A program made the position numbers and the translations under genes. Positions 20,042 through 30,203 of a stretch of DNA of 64,000 nt are shown piece by piece. This DNA comes from an uncultured Candidatus Binatia bacterium (GTDB taxonomy: Bacteria > Desulfobacterota > Binatia > UBA9968 > CAXXLF01). A model generated the notes under the pieces. It ran no database searches. It worked only from the letters and a program-made list of their open reading frames with translations, and had not been told where the DNA came from. The DNA lies in NCBI GenBank assembly GCA_965218425.1, contig OZ244621.1, positions 1,472,001-1,536,000 of the forward strand, written 5' to 3'. How positions within the stretch are numbered: position 1 is the first letter of the stretch; the number at the start of each line of letters is the position of its first letter.

Positions 20042-20116
20042 ATGGACTGCCCTGGGGTGTTCGTTTCCCCCTGATTTGGAGAAGTTGACAGGATAAAAGA
20101 GGAGGTGTAACTTTTT

Positions 20117-20471
20117 ATGTACGGACCAAAAAAAGCAGATCCTAGCGGCGGATGACGAGCCCGACATTATTAACATTGCAAGTATAACGTTAGAAAAAGA
20201 GGGCTTCTGCGTTTCATCGGCGGCTAATGACGTTGAGGCCATGTCCAGCATCAAAGAAAGCAAACCCGACGTGGTCATTCTCGATCGGAATATGCCAGAA
20301 ATAGGGGGGGATGAGGTGACGACACGGCTTTAGGAATCACCCGATACCTCGTCTATTCCCATCATCTTGCTAACCTCCCTAGACAAATACGAGGATGTAT
20401 CGGGGGGCTATGGGATAGGAGCCGATGGGTATGTCACTAAACCCTTTACCCCTAGTCAGATCAGCAATTAA
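20117..20471 (+). pseudogene. Single-domain response regulator, disrupted
   Basis: One extra base near the start (ATG 20117 out of frame), then ILAADDEPDI...PDVVILDRNMP...RL*ESP...IPIILLT...GADGYVTKPF; in-frame TAG at 20331. Confidence 0.85.
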
Positions 20472-20517
20472 AAAAGAACAAAACCACTCCGGGAACCTCA
20501 AAAAATCCCCGGACTGG

Positions 20518-20901
20518 ATGGATGCCTTCCGTGGCTGGGGTGTTGACTTCTACAACTCAAAATCAGGTGAACAGTCGAGCATGGCCATTGGCCCGGATGG
20601 TCGCTCTGACAGCTTCGATGAGTGGCGAATTCAAAACTACATCGAGACGGAGACTCAATGGCGCGGGCGCTTCGCTGACCTCAACTCTCTGATTAAAAAC
20701 CACAGTGATGCCACCGAGAGATTCATCGAATATTCGAGCTCCAAAGGATGGATTGAACGGGCCAAGAGGGAAGGAAACAATTCATTTAACGGCTCCATGG
20801 AAACCCAACTGCAAGATCGCTGGATCGTCACCAGCGGTGGGGTTCAGATGGTGCCTACCACTCAGACCAAAGAAATCAAATCGCAGACTCACGCAGATTG
20901 A
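20518..20901 (+). CDS. Hypothetical protein, possibly a 5'-truncated DUF6896-like remnant
   Basis: GWGV...IGPDGRSDSFDEWRI resembles the GPxGRxDxFDxWR motif as recalled; not verified. Confidence 0.35.
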   Translation: MDAFRGWGVDFYNSKSGEQSSMAIGPDGRSDSFDEWRIQNYIETETQWRGRFADLNSLIKNHSDATERFIEYSSSKGWIERAKREGNNSFNGSMETQLQDRWIVTSGGVQMVPTTQTKEIKSQTHAD

Positions 20902-20995
20902 CGCAGTGGAATAGTCATAAGCGCACGGCGTCCACTTTTAAGCCATCAGCTCCGGACTCATTCCTGCCAACTGCTTCCTGTCTTACTAAATCCTG

Positions 20996-21054
20996 TTGTC
21001 CGTAGTCCTGTGGTCGGTGGTCCCTAGTTTTGCTGCCATCTGCGTTCTGCCTGC
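20996..21054. repeat. Dispersed heptamer-based repeat, copy 1
   Basis: TTGTC-CGTAGTC-CTGTGGTC-GGTGGTC-CCTAGTTTTGCTGCCA; matches 59651. Confidence 0.75.
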
Positions 21055-21079
21055 ATTTTTCGCACGCTTTGCTACCAAC

Positions 21080-21736
21080 TCAGGATTCCCCAATCCCTGT
21101 GATTTTTACGCTCGCGTGCTTGGATTTGTATTTGCGGTTAAGCTGAATTAACACGCCTGTGAGCCCCTCGATAACATAGGCGTTGCTTGCCGGTCCAGCA
21201 TCAAGGGCCCTTGCGCCGATTTCCAGGAGAAATTCTATTGTTTTCCGTTTACTCTGTTGGTCATCCCCACATACTAATACGTCACCTAAAGGGGCCTCAG
21301 GTTGCTGTAGGTCCACGGCGGAGATGTTATGCAGTGCACCCACCAGGTAAGCCTCCCGACCCAATATTCCCTGCGCCTCCATGAGAGCGGAGCCTGCAGG
21401 CGGGATAAAGGGCCTACCTTTTTTTAGCGGCACCACAGCGTCAATAATGATCTTTGCCCGAAGTTCCTCCCTTAACTCCGAGAGCATCGGGGCATGACCT
21501 TCATAGGGGACAGCGATAACCACCAGTTCTGCCTCCCTGACGGCCTCCAGATTGCTCTTTCCGTCGAATCTGCCCTTTCCAATGGAATTTTTAAGGCTTT
21601 CAACCACTGTGTCCGCTTTTTCCTGATCGCGCGAACCAATGAGAAGTTTTATCCCTGGAAATGCCAACCGGTGGGCTAATGCTTGCCCGAGATTGCCGGT
21701 TCCTCCCACAATGGCAATGGAGATCTCTTTTTCCAT
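21080..21736 (-). CDS. npdG: F420:NADP+ oxidoreductase
   Basis: IAIVGGTGNLG, IGSRD, VGALHNISA, DVLVCGDD, IEGLTGVLIQLN; in the cof cluster. Confidence 0.9.
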   Translation of the reverse strand: MEKEISIAIVGGTGNLGQALAHRLAFPGIKLLIGSRDQEKADTVVESLKNSIGKGRFDGKSNLEAVREAELVVIAVPYEGHAPMLSELREELRAKIIIDAVVPLKKGRPFIPPAGSALMEAQGILGREAYLVGALHNISAVDLQQPEAPLGDVLVCGDDQQSKRKTIEFLLEIGARALDAGPASNAYVIEGLTGVLIQLNRKYKSKHASVKITGIGES

Positions 21737-21746
21737 AAGTACTGCC

Positions 21747-22502
21747 TCAAAAACCGCGGAACAAATCCTGTTCTTCGGGACGGAGGAGTTCACGGGCTGA
21801 CCCCGGCCCCTGGGCCGCCGCCAAACCTCGAATCAAAGCTACAGGAACGCGATCTCTCTTGCCCATGGTTAGACTAGCGGCCGAGGCCAGTTCGTCGCCA
21901 ATGGCCTCCACCGATGCTTTGAGTTCATATCCGTAGCCATCAGTCTTGCCGCGGTCGTCTTTCAGCGGACTGAGACCCGCCACCCCAAGGGCAACCTCCG
22001 TAGTTCCTAATCTCCACGGACGGCCAAAGCTGTCACTGATTATCACACCGGGGGCCACTCCGGTTAACCCCATTATCTCGTCTCTAATTTTTTTCGCTGA
22101 TTCATCCGGATCCTGGGGTAAAAGGACTGCCTGATCCAGCCCCACGTTGGAAAGATCCACACCCCCATTGGCGCAAATAAAGCCATGATGAGTCTCAACG
22201 ATAATAACCCCCCTTCCCATCTTGATAATCCTTCGGCTTTCTCCAAGGATCACCTCCAGCAACCGCGGGTCCTTGTCGAGTTTGATCGAAAGCTCCATTG
22301 CCCGTGCTGAAGGAACAATTTCACTTAAACGGGCAACCCTTCCTTCCGCCTTAGAGACAATCTTCTGGGCAATTACCAGGATGTCTCCACTAACCAATGA
22401 AAGTCCCTGACAAGAGCACGCGTCCTGAATCATCTGGCCTATGGGGCTCCTCACCACCACTTCACCGATTCCCTCAAGGCCTGTGACTTCCAACGTTTTC
22501 AT
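21747..22502 (-). CDS. cofE: Coenzyme F420-0:L-glutamate ligase
   Basis: QKIVSKAEGR, ICANGGVDLSN, SDSFGRPWRLG, DELASAA. Confidence 0.95.
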   Translation of the reverse strand: MKTLEVTGLEGIGEVVVRSPIGQMIQDACSCQGLSLVSGDILVIAQKIVSKAEGRVARLSEIVPSARAMELSIKLDKDPRLLEVILGESRRIIKMGRGVIIVETHHGFICANGGVDLSNVGLDQAVLLPQDPDESAKKIRDEIMGLTGVAPGVIISDSFGRPWRLGTTEVALGVAGLSPLKDDRGKTDGYGYELKASVEAIGDELASAASLTMGKRDRVPVALIRGLAAAQGPGSARELLRPEEQDLFRGF

Positions 22503-23155
22503 CGATCAGCGTATGGCTCAATTAGGCCCTTGCGGGACGCTCCTCCAACCCCTGAAGAGAGGAAAACTTCCAGATCTTGCAGGTGGTCGATATCAAGTGC
22601 AACCCGCTGGTTCTCTAAAACCCGGAGTGGCAGCCTTTTGGCACAGGCCTGGCTCAAGTGGTAACAGAAGCTGTCAAAACCGAATCGAGGTATGATGGCA
22701 TCCGGTGGAGACAGCAGGAGAGCATTGGTCCCCATGCGATTCCGAGAAGGCACCAGCACCACAAAGGGAGAGCCGACCTGGTCCCTTGGGGCTAGTTCAA
22801 GAATTAATTCGACATCTTTTGAACGCAACAACGGAAGATCTCCGGGAAGAATAAGGATAGTCTCGATTCCTTTCTGTTTTAACCGTTCCGTCGCAAAGGT
22901 CACAGCTTCCGTCTCTCCCCTTTCATCTTTTTCTCGGATCACCTGGGCCCCTGCAGAGCGAGCTATCCGGGTTACTGCGTCGTCCGCTGTGACCACATAG
23001 GTTGCTTGAATTCCCTGTGCGGTCCTCACCTGATCCAGCACGTGTCGTAGCATGGACTCGGCCAGGACCTCCCGCTCAACCACACTGAAGTGCGGTGTGA
23101 GCCGTTGCTTCGCGTTGGCAAATCCTTTTGCGGGAATTAGGACCGATGTATTCAT
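22499..23155 (-). CDS. cofC: 2-phospho-L-lactate/PEP guanylyltransferase
   Basis: IPAKGFANAKQRL, GDLPLL, GTNALL, RFG..SF..H, DID. Confidence 0.92.
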   Translation of the reverse strand: MNTSVLIPAKGFANAKQRLTPHFSVVEREVLAESMLRHVLDQVRTAQGIQATYVVTADDAVTRIARSAGAQVIREKDERGETEAVTFATERLKQKGIETILILPGDLPLLRSKDVELILELAPRDQVGSPFVVLVPSRNRMGTNALLLSPPDAIIPRFGFDSFCYHLSQACAKRLPLRVLENQRVALDIDHLQDLEVFLSSGVGGASRKGLIEPYADR

Positions 23156-24072
23156 CTGGGGGTCACTAGTTTACGTGCCAGTTGTCTTTTATCAAGCGGC
23201 GAGTCCAGTCGGATCGATGTGACCACGGTCTTGACCCCCAAATCCTCAACTCGAGGGATAAGCTCGCGATCCTCGTGCCCAAGGAACATGAAATCAAGAA
23301 ACTCCCGATAGGCCTCGGCAACACCAAAGGCCGATACCTCCATGCCCAGGCACGCCATGAACTTATGCGCGGGACCGCTAAACGGCCTCCCTCCAACCAC
23401 AGGGCTTACCGCAGCCACGGTCGCTCGGGTTTCCCTCAACGCATCCCGTATCCCGGGAACCGCGAGGATGGGGCCAATGCTGGTCACGGGATTGCTCGGA
23501 CAGAGGATCACGGCAGATGCCCCCTGAATGGACTCCAACACTCCGGGCGCCGGCCGACTCCCTTGTGCTCCTTCATAGGAGATCCCTTCACATGGATCCG
23601 CCCATCCATCCCTTACGAAATACTCCTGAAATGACATTACCCCTTTGGGAGTCCGGATTCTTGTCTCCACCCTGTCATCGGACATGGGAGCTACTGCGGT
23701 GCGAATACCGAATGCCTTGCAGATCTGCTCGGTTACCTGGGATAGACTGAAACCCTCCCGCAAAAGGCGAGACCGGGTAAGATGGGTTGCCAGATCCCTA
23801 TCCCCGAGCTGAAACCAGGTGTCCTCACCAATTCTCCCAAGCCACTCCAACACAGTGAAAGTTTCGTTCTGAATTCCCCACCCTCTGGCGGCGTCCGCTA
23901 CTCCGGCCAGTGTGTAAGTTATGGTGTCAACGTCCGGTGAGACATGGAGTCCGTGCACGACGCAATCGTCGGCGGTATTGCAAACCACGAACAGCCTTTC
24001 CGGCTCCACCTCCAGGCTCAGTCCCTGAACGAGTTTTGCACCTCCGGTTCCTCCCGTAAGGAGTACAAACAT
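23152..24072 (-). CDS. cofD: LPPG:FO 2-phospho-L-lactate transferase
   Basis: LTGGTGGAKL, SPDVDTITYTL, WFQLGDRD, FQEYFV, PSNPVTSIGPIL. Confidence 0.95.
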   Translation of the reverse strand: MFVLLTGGTGGAKLVQGLSLEVEPERLFVVCNTADDCVVHGLHVSPDVDTITYTLAGVADAARGWGIQNETFTVLEWLGRIGEDTWFQLGDRDLATHLTRSRLLREGFSLSQVTEQICKAFGIRTAVAPMSDDRVETRIRTPKGVMSFQEYFVRDGWADPCEGISYEGAQGSRPAPGVLESIQGASAVILCPSNPVTSIGPILAVPGIRDALRETRATVAAVSPVVGGRPFSGPAHKFMACLGMEVSAFGVAEAYREFLDFMFLGHEDRELIPRVEDLGVKTVVTSIRLDSPLDKRQLARKLVTPR

Positions 24073-24082
24073 TCTCTACGAC

Positions 24083-25336
24083 TCACATGGCCGTTGAGGT
24101 TTCAATCCTGGTTTGAAGTCCGTCATGGGGGCTAGGCGGTTGGAGATCGAGGGCCTTTTGCCAGCTTCGAATAATTTTGTATGTGGTCGATCGCTCAGCA
24201 GGAATACGATGGATCTCTGAGATCAGATTTCGAAATTCATAGGGCCACGTCATCTGTCCCTCTTGAGAACCAGCGAGGCGGGAGATGCTTTCCTCCATGA
24301 GGGTTCCGCCAAAGTCATTGGCTCCAGACCGAAGGCAGAACTGGGACATTCTACGCCCCATCTTGACCCAGGAAACCTGAATGTTGGGAATGAAATCGTT
24401 GAGCAGGACCCTTGCCAAGGCGTGGACACGGATACTTTCCTCAGGGGTCGGTCCGGGCCGGGCAAGCCCCTGCTGATAGAGAGCGGTATTGGCATGAACG
24501 AAACCCAAGGGGACAAACTCGGTGAATCCGCCCGTCTCCTTCTGGATTTCTCTTAGCAAAAGAATGTGCCTTACCCAGTGGCGCCCTGTTTCCCGATGGC
24601 CGTACATCATGGTTGACGTGGTGGGTATCCCGAGACGATGGGCCGCGGTTATGACTCTCACCCACTGGGCGACGCTGAGTTTATTTTTCGACAGCACTCT
24701 GCGAACATCATCGTCCAAGATCTCTGCCGCTGTCCCCGGTAGGCTGTCGAGCCCTGCCTCGCGGAGAGTCTTGAGATAATCTTCTACCGGGAGACGAGTC
24801 AACTCAACGCCGTAGGTAATCTCCATGGGTGAATAGGCATGGATATGGATCCTCGGGACCTGCGATCTAATGGCACCCAGAAGATCCCGGTAATAATGGG
24901 GCGGCATGCCTCGAGGCAGTCCACCTTGCATGCAAATTTCAGTCGCCCCTTTTTCCCAGGCCTCTTCCGCGCGCCGTCCCACTTCGTCCAAGGAGTAATC
25001 CCAGGCATCTTGATGATTAGGGCCCGTACTAAACGCGCAGAACTTACAACCCACATAGCAAACGTTAGTAAAGTTGATATTTCGACAGACCACATAGGTC
25101 ACACGGTCTCCTACTCTTTTTTGACGTAGCAGATCGGCGGTGGCCACCAGTGCACCGAGCTCGTTTCCCATGACGTCACACAGCTCCATGCCCTCCCCTT
25201 CTGTGATTTCAAATCCCGTCACCGCCTTCTCCAGAATTTGCGCCACTTTTGGTTTTATCAGTGGAAGAAGCTCGCTCAGCCTCTCCGCTGAGTCATCGAA
25301 ATCAAACAGGGCTTCCAATGGCAGCATGAAATTCAC
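24083..25336 (-). CDS. cofH: FO synthase subunit 2 (radical SAM)
   Basis: RNINFTNVCYVGCKFCAF, PGTAAEILDD, NIQVSWVK, GGTLMEESISR. Confidence 0.93.
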   Translation of the reverse strand: MNFMLPLEALFDFDDSAERLSELLPLIKPKVAQILEKAVTGFEITEGEGMELCDVMGNELGALVATADLLRQKRVGDRVTYVVCRNINFTNVCYVGCKFCAFSTGPNHQDAWDYSLDEVGRRAEEAWEKGATEICMQGGLPRGMPPHYYRDLLGAIRSQVPRIHIHAYSPMEITYGVELTRLPVEDYLKTLREAGLDSLPGTAAEILDDDVRRVLSKNKLSVAQWVRVITAAHRLGIPTTSTMMYGHRETGRHWVRHILLLREIQKETGGFTEFVPLGFVHANTALYQQGLARPGPTPEESIRVHALARVLLNDFIPNIQVSWVKMGRRMSQFCLRSGANDFGGTLMEESISRLAGSQEGQMTWPYEFRNLISEIHRIPAERSTTYKIIRSWQKALDLQPPSPHDGLQTRIETSTAM

Positions 25337-25491
25337 CGTTCCTAACCTCGATCCGAGATTAATAGACCAAAGAAATTAACCCTACCGGGCACCGGATGGT
25401 AGCTAAGAGCTGTTTTCATCCTGGATCAGCAACTTACCATTTGTGCGCTTACGAACCCAAACTCAAATTACAGCATTCATGTAGTATCAGC

Positions 25492-26697
25492 TTAAGATCG
25501 GATACGCTCGGTCATCATTGTCGGATCGGGGCTAACCAATCCGTCCGTACCACAGAGGCTCTCCACATAGGGGAGCAACATGGGCGATATATATTTTTCA
25601 CTTTGAAAAACGAATTCCGGATAGAGGGGAAGTCGTGGTTTCAACACGTACCCCGCCTCAGCGGTTTTACGACCGAGCATCTCCAGCTCGGGCCACGGAG
25701 CTTCTGGATTGATAAAATCAGGAGTAAGAGGAGAAACCCCACCCCAGTCGTTAATCCCTGCGCCGATGTAGCTTTCATAGTTTGCTGGCGTGAGATTGGG
25801 CGGAGCCTGGACATTCATCTCGCCACCCAGAATGAGTCTGGCCAAGGCAATGGATTTCAACATTTCTTCATGAGACGGTTCGGCGCGACCGAACATGGGC
25901 GTTCCAGGCTTTGAGCGAAAGTTTTGTACGATCACTTCTTGAATATGGCCATGGCGTAGGTGCAGATCTCTGATGGCAAACAGAGAGTCAATCCTTTCCC
26001 GCCAGTCTTCACCAATCCCTATGAGAATCCCTGTGGTAAATGGAATATGGAACTCTCCCGCCTGTTGGATAGTTTTTAGACGCAGCTCCGGCTTCTTATC
26101 CGGCGCGTTAAAATGAGGACCCGAAGGCCACATGAGACGAGGGCTGGCGCTCTCCAGCATAAGGCCAAGGCTAAGATTGACCTCTCTAAGCCTCAGGAGG
26201 TCCTTTCGTCCCATGAGCCCCGCATTGGAGTGAGGCAGCGTCTCTGTCTCTTCGAGCACCACCCTGCACACCTCGTAGAGATAATCGAGGGTGCGCCGAT
26301 GCCCCAGCCGACCCAGAAACTCCCCCATCTCAGGGTAAATGGCCTCTGGCTTGTCCCCCAGACTAAACAGGACCTCCGTGCAACCCAAAAGTTTTCCCCG
26401 GTTAACGATCCGCAGGACCTCATCCAGTGTCAGGGTCTTTGCCCCTGTGTCATGGGGAGCCTTTCGAAAGGTACAGTAACCACAGAAATCGCGACAGAGG
26501 TTTGTCAAAGGAATGAAAACCTTGGGAGAAAAGGTGATGGTCTTGCCTTTGTGGAGGTCGCGCAATTCCGATGCTGCCAGAAGCAGTTCTGTGAAATCCT
26601 CGCCTTTAGCGGATGAAAGGACGAGGGATTCGCTTTTGCTCAACGGCTTTCCGCTGCGACACTCTTCAAGAATACGCTCTACCATCCTAGCTTGCAT
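25492..26697 (-). CDS. cofG: FO synthase subunit 1 (radical SAM)
   Basis: VFIPLTNLCRDFCGYCTF, PFTTGILIGIGE, QAPPNL, GINDWGGVSP. Confidence 0.95.
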   Translation of the reverse strand: MQARMVERILEECRSGKPLSKSESLVLSSAKGEDFTELLLAASELRDLHKGKTITFSPKVFIPLTNLCRDFCGYCTFRKAPHDTGAKTLTLDEVLRIVNRGKLLGCTEVLFSLGDKPEAIYPEMGEFLGRLGHRRTLDYLYEVCRVVLEETETLPHSNAGLMGRKDLLRLREVNLSLGLMLESASPRLMWPSGPHFNAPDKKPELRLKTIQQAGEFHIPFTTGILIGIGEDWRERIDSLFAIRDLHLRHGHIQEVIVQNFRSKPGTPMFGRAEPSHEEMLKSIALARLILGGEMNVQAPPNLTPANYESYIGAGINDWGGVSPLTPDFINPEAPWPELEMLGRKTAEAGYVLKPRLPLYPEFVFQSEKYISPMLLPYVESLCGTDGLVSPDPTMMTERIRS

Positions 26698-26949
26698 AGC
26701 CGATAAGACACCTGGGGTCAACCTGCCTACACTGTCGCTGCAAAAGGGTTTTCCATTGCAAAATTCAGCATCACTGCCGTAAGCGTCAATTGATATGGTC
26801 GGAAAATTTGGTATATTCGAACGAGGTTTTACCCGCCATCCAAATGTGTGTCATTGAGTTGATTTTATAATTAGGATTGCCACTGTGCAGCCTGTATTAC
26901 TTCTACTTAACCTCAGTGTAATGAACTCACTCTAGGGAGGGTCTAGGCT

Positions 26950-28026
26950 ATGAAGTACCGTTTAGCTTTTATGTTGTAGACGCCTTTAGCCCTGACGGCA
27001 GTCCTGCTGGTATCCGTGCCGCCAATCCTTGCGCAGCAATCGAGAGATCTAACCAAGGTTTTTGGAAGCAGGCCGGTGAAGATCATCGTCGGCTCATCTC
27101 CAGGCGGGGGTTATGACACTTTCTCCCGAATGGTGGCGCGTTTCGCAGGAAAATATTTGCCAGGAAATCCGTCCTTTGTCGTGAAAAACATACCGGGGGG
27201 CGGCCAGCTGCGCGGTTTGCGGGCTGCGATGAGATCCAAACCCGATGGATTGACCATCGGATTGCTGCACCCTCGATTCGCACAGCAGGAACTCACCGGC
27301 ATTGATGTTCCTGACTTCGATCTCAAGACCGTCCGCGTTCTGGGTAGTCCGAGCGCAAACAGTGTGCCGCGTATTTGGTGCGCCCGCCGTAGCCTCGCAT
27401 CAACATGGAGCGAAATCAAAAAACTGGGACGGCCCCTCACGAACGGGGATTCCGCCCCCGGGGCAGCTTTCGGGATGGACCCGCAGTTCGTATCAGAACT
27501 CGGGGGACCAATAAAAATGGTCTATGGCTACGGAGGGACATCGGAGATTATGGCTGCATTCGACCGGGGCGAAACTGACAGCATCGACCGCTGTACCCAT
27601 GAGCATGTGCTGCGCCTGTTTCCCGGATGGATAACAAATCAAACCGTCGCTCCCATTTTTTGGTGGGAGAAGGAGCCTTCAAGGGACTGGTTGGGTCGAA
27701 TAGGGTCGGGCAAGATCCCCCACATATTCGAGATCGTAAAACCCAACGATGACCAGCGTAACGCTTTTCAGGTCGCAACACAGTTCAACGTTTTCAGCCG
27801 GATCTTCATTACACCTCCGGGCGTGCCCGACGATATGTACAACGCGTGGAAAAAAGCTTTCGAAGTCACAGTAAAGGATCCCGGTTTTCTAAAGGCGGCG
27901 GAGGCAGCCGGCTTGGAGGTCGGGTTAGGAACGGCGAATGATTTTAATGAATTGCTCAAGTCTTATCAAAGGCTGACGCCCGCGGGAACAAAGTTATTGA
28001 AAAGGCTCATCGGCCAAGGATCGTAA
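26950..28026 (+). pseudogene. TctC/Bug-type tripartite tricarboxylate transporter binding protein with a nonsense codon in the signal peptide
   Basis: GGAGG RBS, ATG 26950, in-frame TAG 26977; the frame continues into IIVGSSPGGGYD...YGGTSEIMAAFDRGE. Confidence 0.8.
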
Positions 28027-28112
28027 GCTAACAAATGCGCGGCTGGCTGTGAGCCCACCGCGCTCGTGAGAGATCGAACCCGGGTCGAGTACAACATGAT
28101 TAGGTAAAATCA

Positions 28113-29627
28113 ATGCTTGAAGCAGCGGTAGAGGCCGCGGGTCGGCTATTTTCTCCGGGACCCTTACTGGTGATGCTTATCATGCTGCCGATCTCTCTGA
28201 TATCAGGCATGATGCCGGGCGGGAGTCTGCCCATTGCCGTCATCGTTTTGGGGTTTGCCGGCTATCTGGATCCTTGGATCACCGTGACGGCGGTGGTCTT
28301 TTTCCTGGCGGCAAGCGATATCACCGAGCCGGTTCCATCCATCCTCATGGGTATTCCTGGCGCTCGATCGGCGCAGGCAACCATTCTCGATGGCTACCCC
28401 ATGGCCTAAAAGGGACTCGCCGGCGTCGCCCTTGGCGCCAGCTATACTTGTACGCTTGTGGGCGGAATCATTGGTGCCATAGCACTCCTTGTGGCTCTGC
28501 CAATCTCACGTGAACTACTCAGATTATTCGGTTCGGCCGAGTTTTTCCTCCTGTCGCTCTTGGGCCTTTTGTGTGTGGCCGTTGTCAGCTCCGGAGCGTT
28601 TGTCAAAGGGGTTCTTACGGCTTCCTTTGGACTCGCCATCGCTATGATCGGCTTCTCTCCCGTCACCGGCGTAGTGCGGGCTAACTTCGGAATCGATTAT
28701 CTATGGGAGGGAGTCCCCCTGGTACCCATTGTTGTCGGACTCTTTGCACTGCCCGAAGCCATCGACCTGGTTGCCGCCAACACGCCCATTGCCCGTGAGC
28801 GTCTGGACACGATGCTTAAAGAGGCCAATCGGGACGTTTACCGTGGCATGCGCGAGGCGTTCAATCACAAATTGCTTCTTCTGCGTTCGTCATTGATCGG
28901 CACCTTCGTGGGTATGATGCCCGGTGTCGGGTCGTCCGGAGCCCATTGGATCGCTTACGCCCAGGCTCGTCATACCGAGAAGGGAGGCCTGGACAGCTTT
29001 GGCAAGGGTAATGTTCGCGGTGTCATCGCGGCCGACTCGGCCAACAACTCCGTGGACGGTGGTACGCTGATACCAACAGTGGTGTTCGGTATTCCCGGCA
29101 GCAGCGGCATGGCCATTCTTCTAACCATACTGGTGATCTCCGGGGTTCAACCCGGCCCCGCCATGCTAACCCGCCACTTGGACCTCACCGTGAGTCTCGT
29201 ATACATAATCGCGCTGGCAAATATCATTGTCGTTCCCATCATGCTTTACGCCGCACCGCTCATCACCAGAATCGCGGCAATCCCACCGAACGTGTTAGCA
29301 CCCATCGTAATCGGCATCGTAACCCTGGCCGCCTACCAGGCGTCATACTCCATCGGAGACCTGGTTCTAGTGCTGGGATTTGGCGTGCTTGGAATCTTCA
29401 TGAAACAGTATGGCTGGCCCCGCCCGCCGATTCTGATTGCGGTCGTTCTAGCGGAAATCGTTGAAAAGTATCTATGGTTATCGGTCAACACCTATGGATT
29501 CTCCATGTTTCAGCGGCCGCAGTTTCTAGCGATTATCGCCATTATGGTCTTGGTCATGGTGGTGAGTCTACGAATCCAAGCCAGCGCAAATAGGACGTTG
29601 TTCGAATCAGGTAGCGCGGCGTCATAG
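28113..29627 (+). pseudogene. tctA: TctA tripartite transporter large subunit with an in-frame stop
   Basis: ILMGIPG...ATILDGYPMA*KG; TAA 28407-28409 with the frame continuing into ORF 28458-29627. Confidence 0.88.
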
Positions 29628-29651
29628 CCAGTCAGAACGAGCGAGAATAAA

Positions 29652-30194
29652 GTGGAGACTTCTACAGCAGAACCGGAAATGAACCAGAAGCAAGCGCGCC
29701 CACGAATCTCCCTCGAGGTGTTGGGAGAAATCGTTTTGCTGCTACTGGTGGGTGGTTTTTTCCTTTATCTCTTTATCGAGTCGTTCCGATGGCCCCTCGG
29801 CTCGGCCCTTATGCCGTGGATCACGGTCGGTATCGGTGCTCCCTTCTGGTTGTATCGGCTAATGGCGCTTTGTGTTCAGGCCAAGGATGTGCCGAAACAG
29901 ATCATGGACATCGGATTCTGCACCGGGGGTGATCCCACTGGGGAGAGAGCGCGCTTTGTTCGAATTTGTTTCTTCATCGTAGCTCTTTATCTGGCCATCT
30001 GGTTATTTGGTTTTCACATCGCGCTACCAGTGGGGATGCTCTTTTACCTACGTGTCTATGGTCACGTCAGTTGGTGGGGGTCACTTTGCGTCGGCTTAAT
30101 GTTTCTTGCCTTGATAGTGGGCGTCTATGATCGACTGTTGGGTGCTACCTGGCACAATCCCCCTGTTCTAGAGCTGCTGAATTTCATTTTGTAG
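29652..30194 (+). CDS. TctB-family small TM subunit
   Basis: About five TM helices, LFGF motif, position after tctA. Confidence 0.7.
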   Translation: METSTAEPEMNQKQARPRISLEVLGEIVLLLLVGGFFLYLFIESFRWPLGSALMPWITVGIGAPFWLYRLMALCVQAKDVPKQIMDIGFCTGGDPTGERARFVRICFFIVALYLAIWLFGFHIALPVGMLFYLRVYGHVSWWGSLCVGLMFLALIVGVYDRLLGATWHNPPVLELLNFIL

Positions 30195-30203
30195 CTCATG
30201 ATT

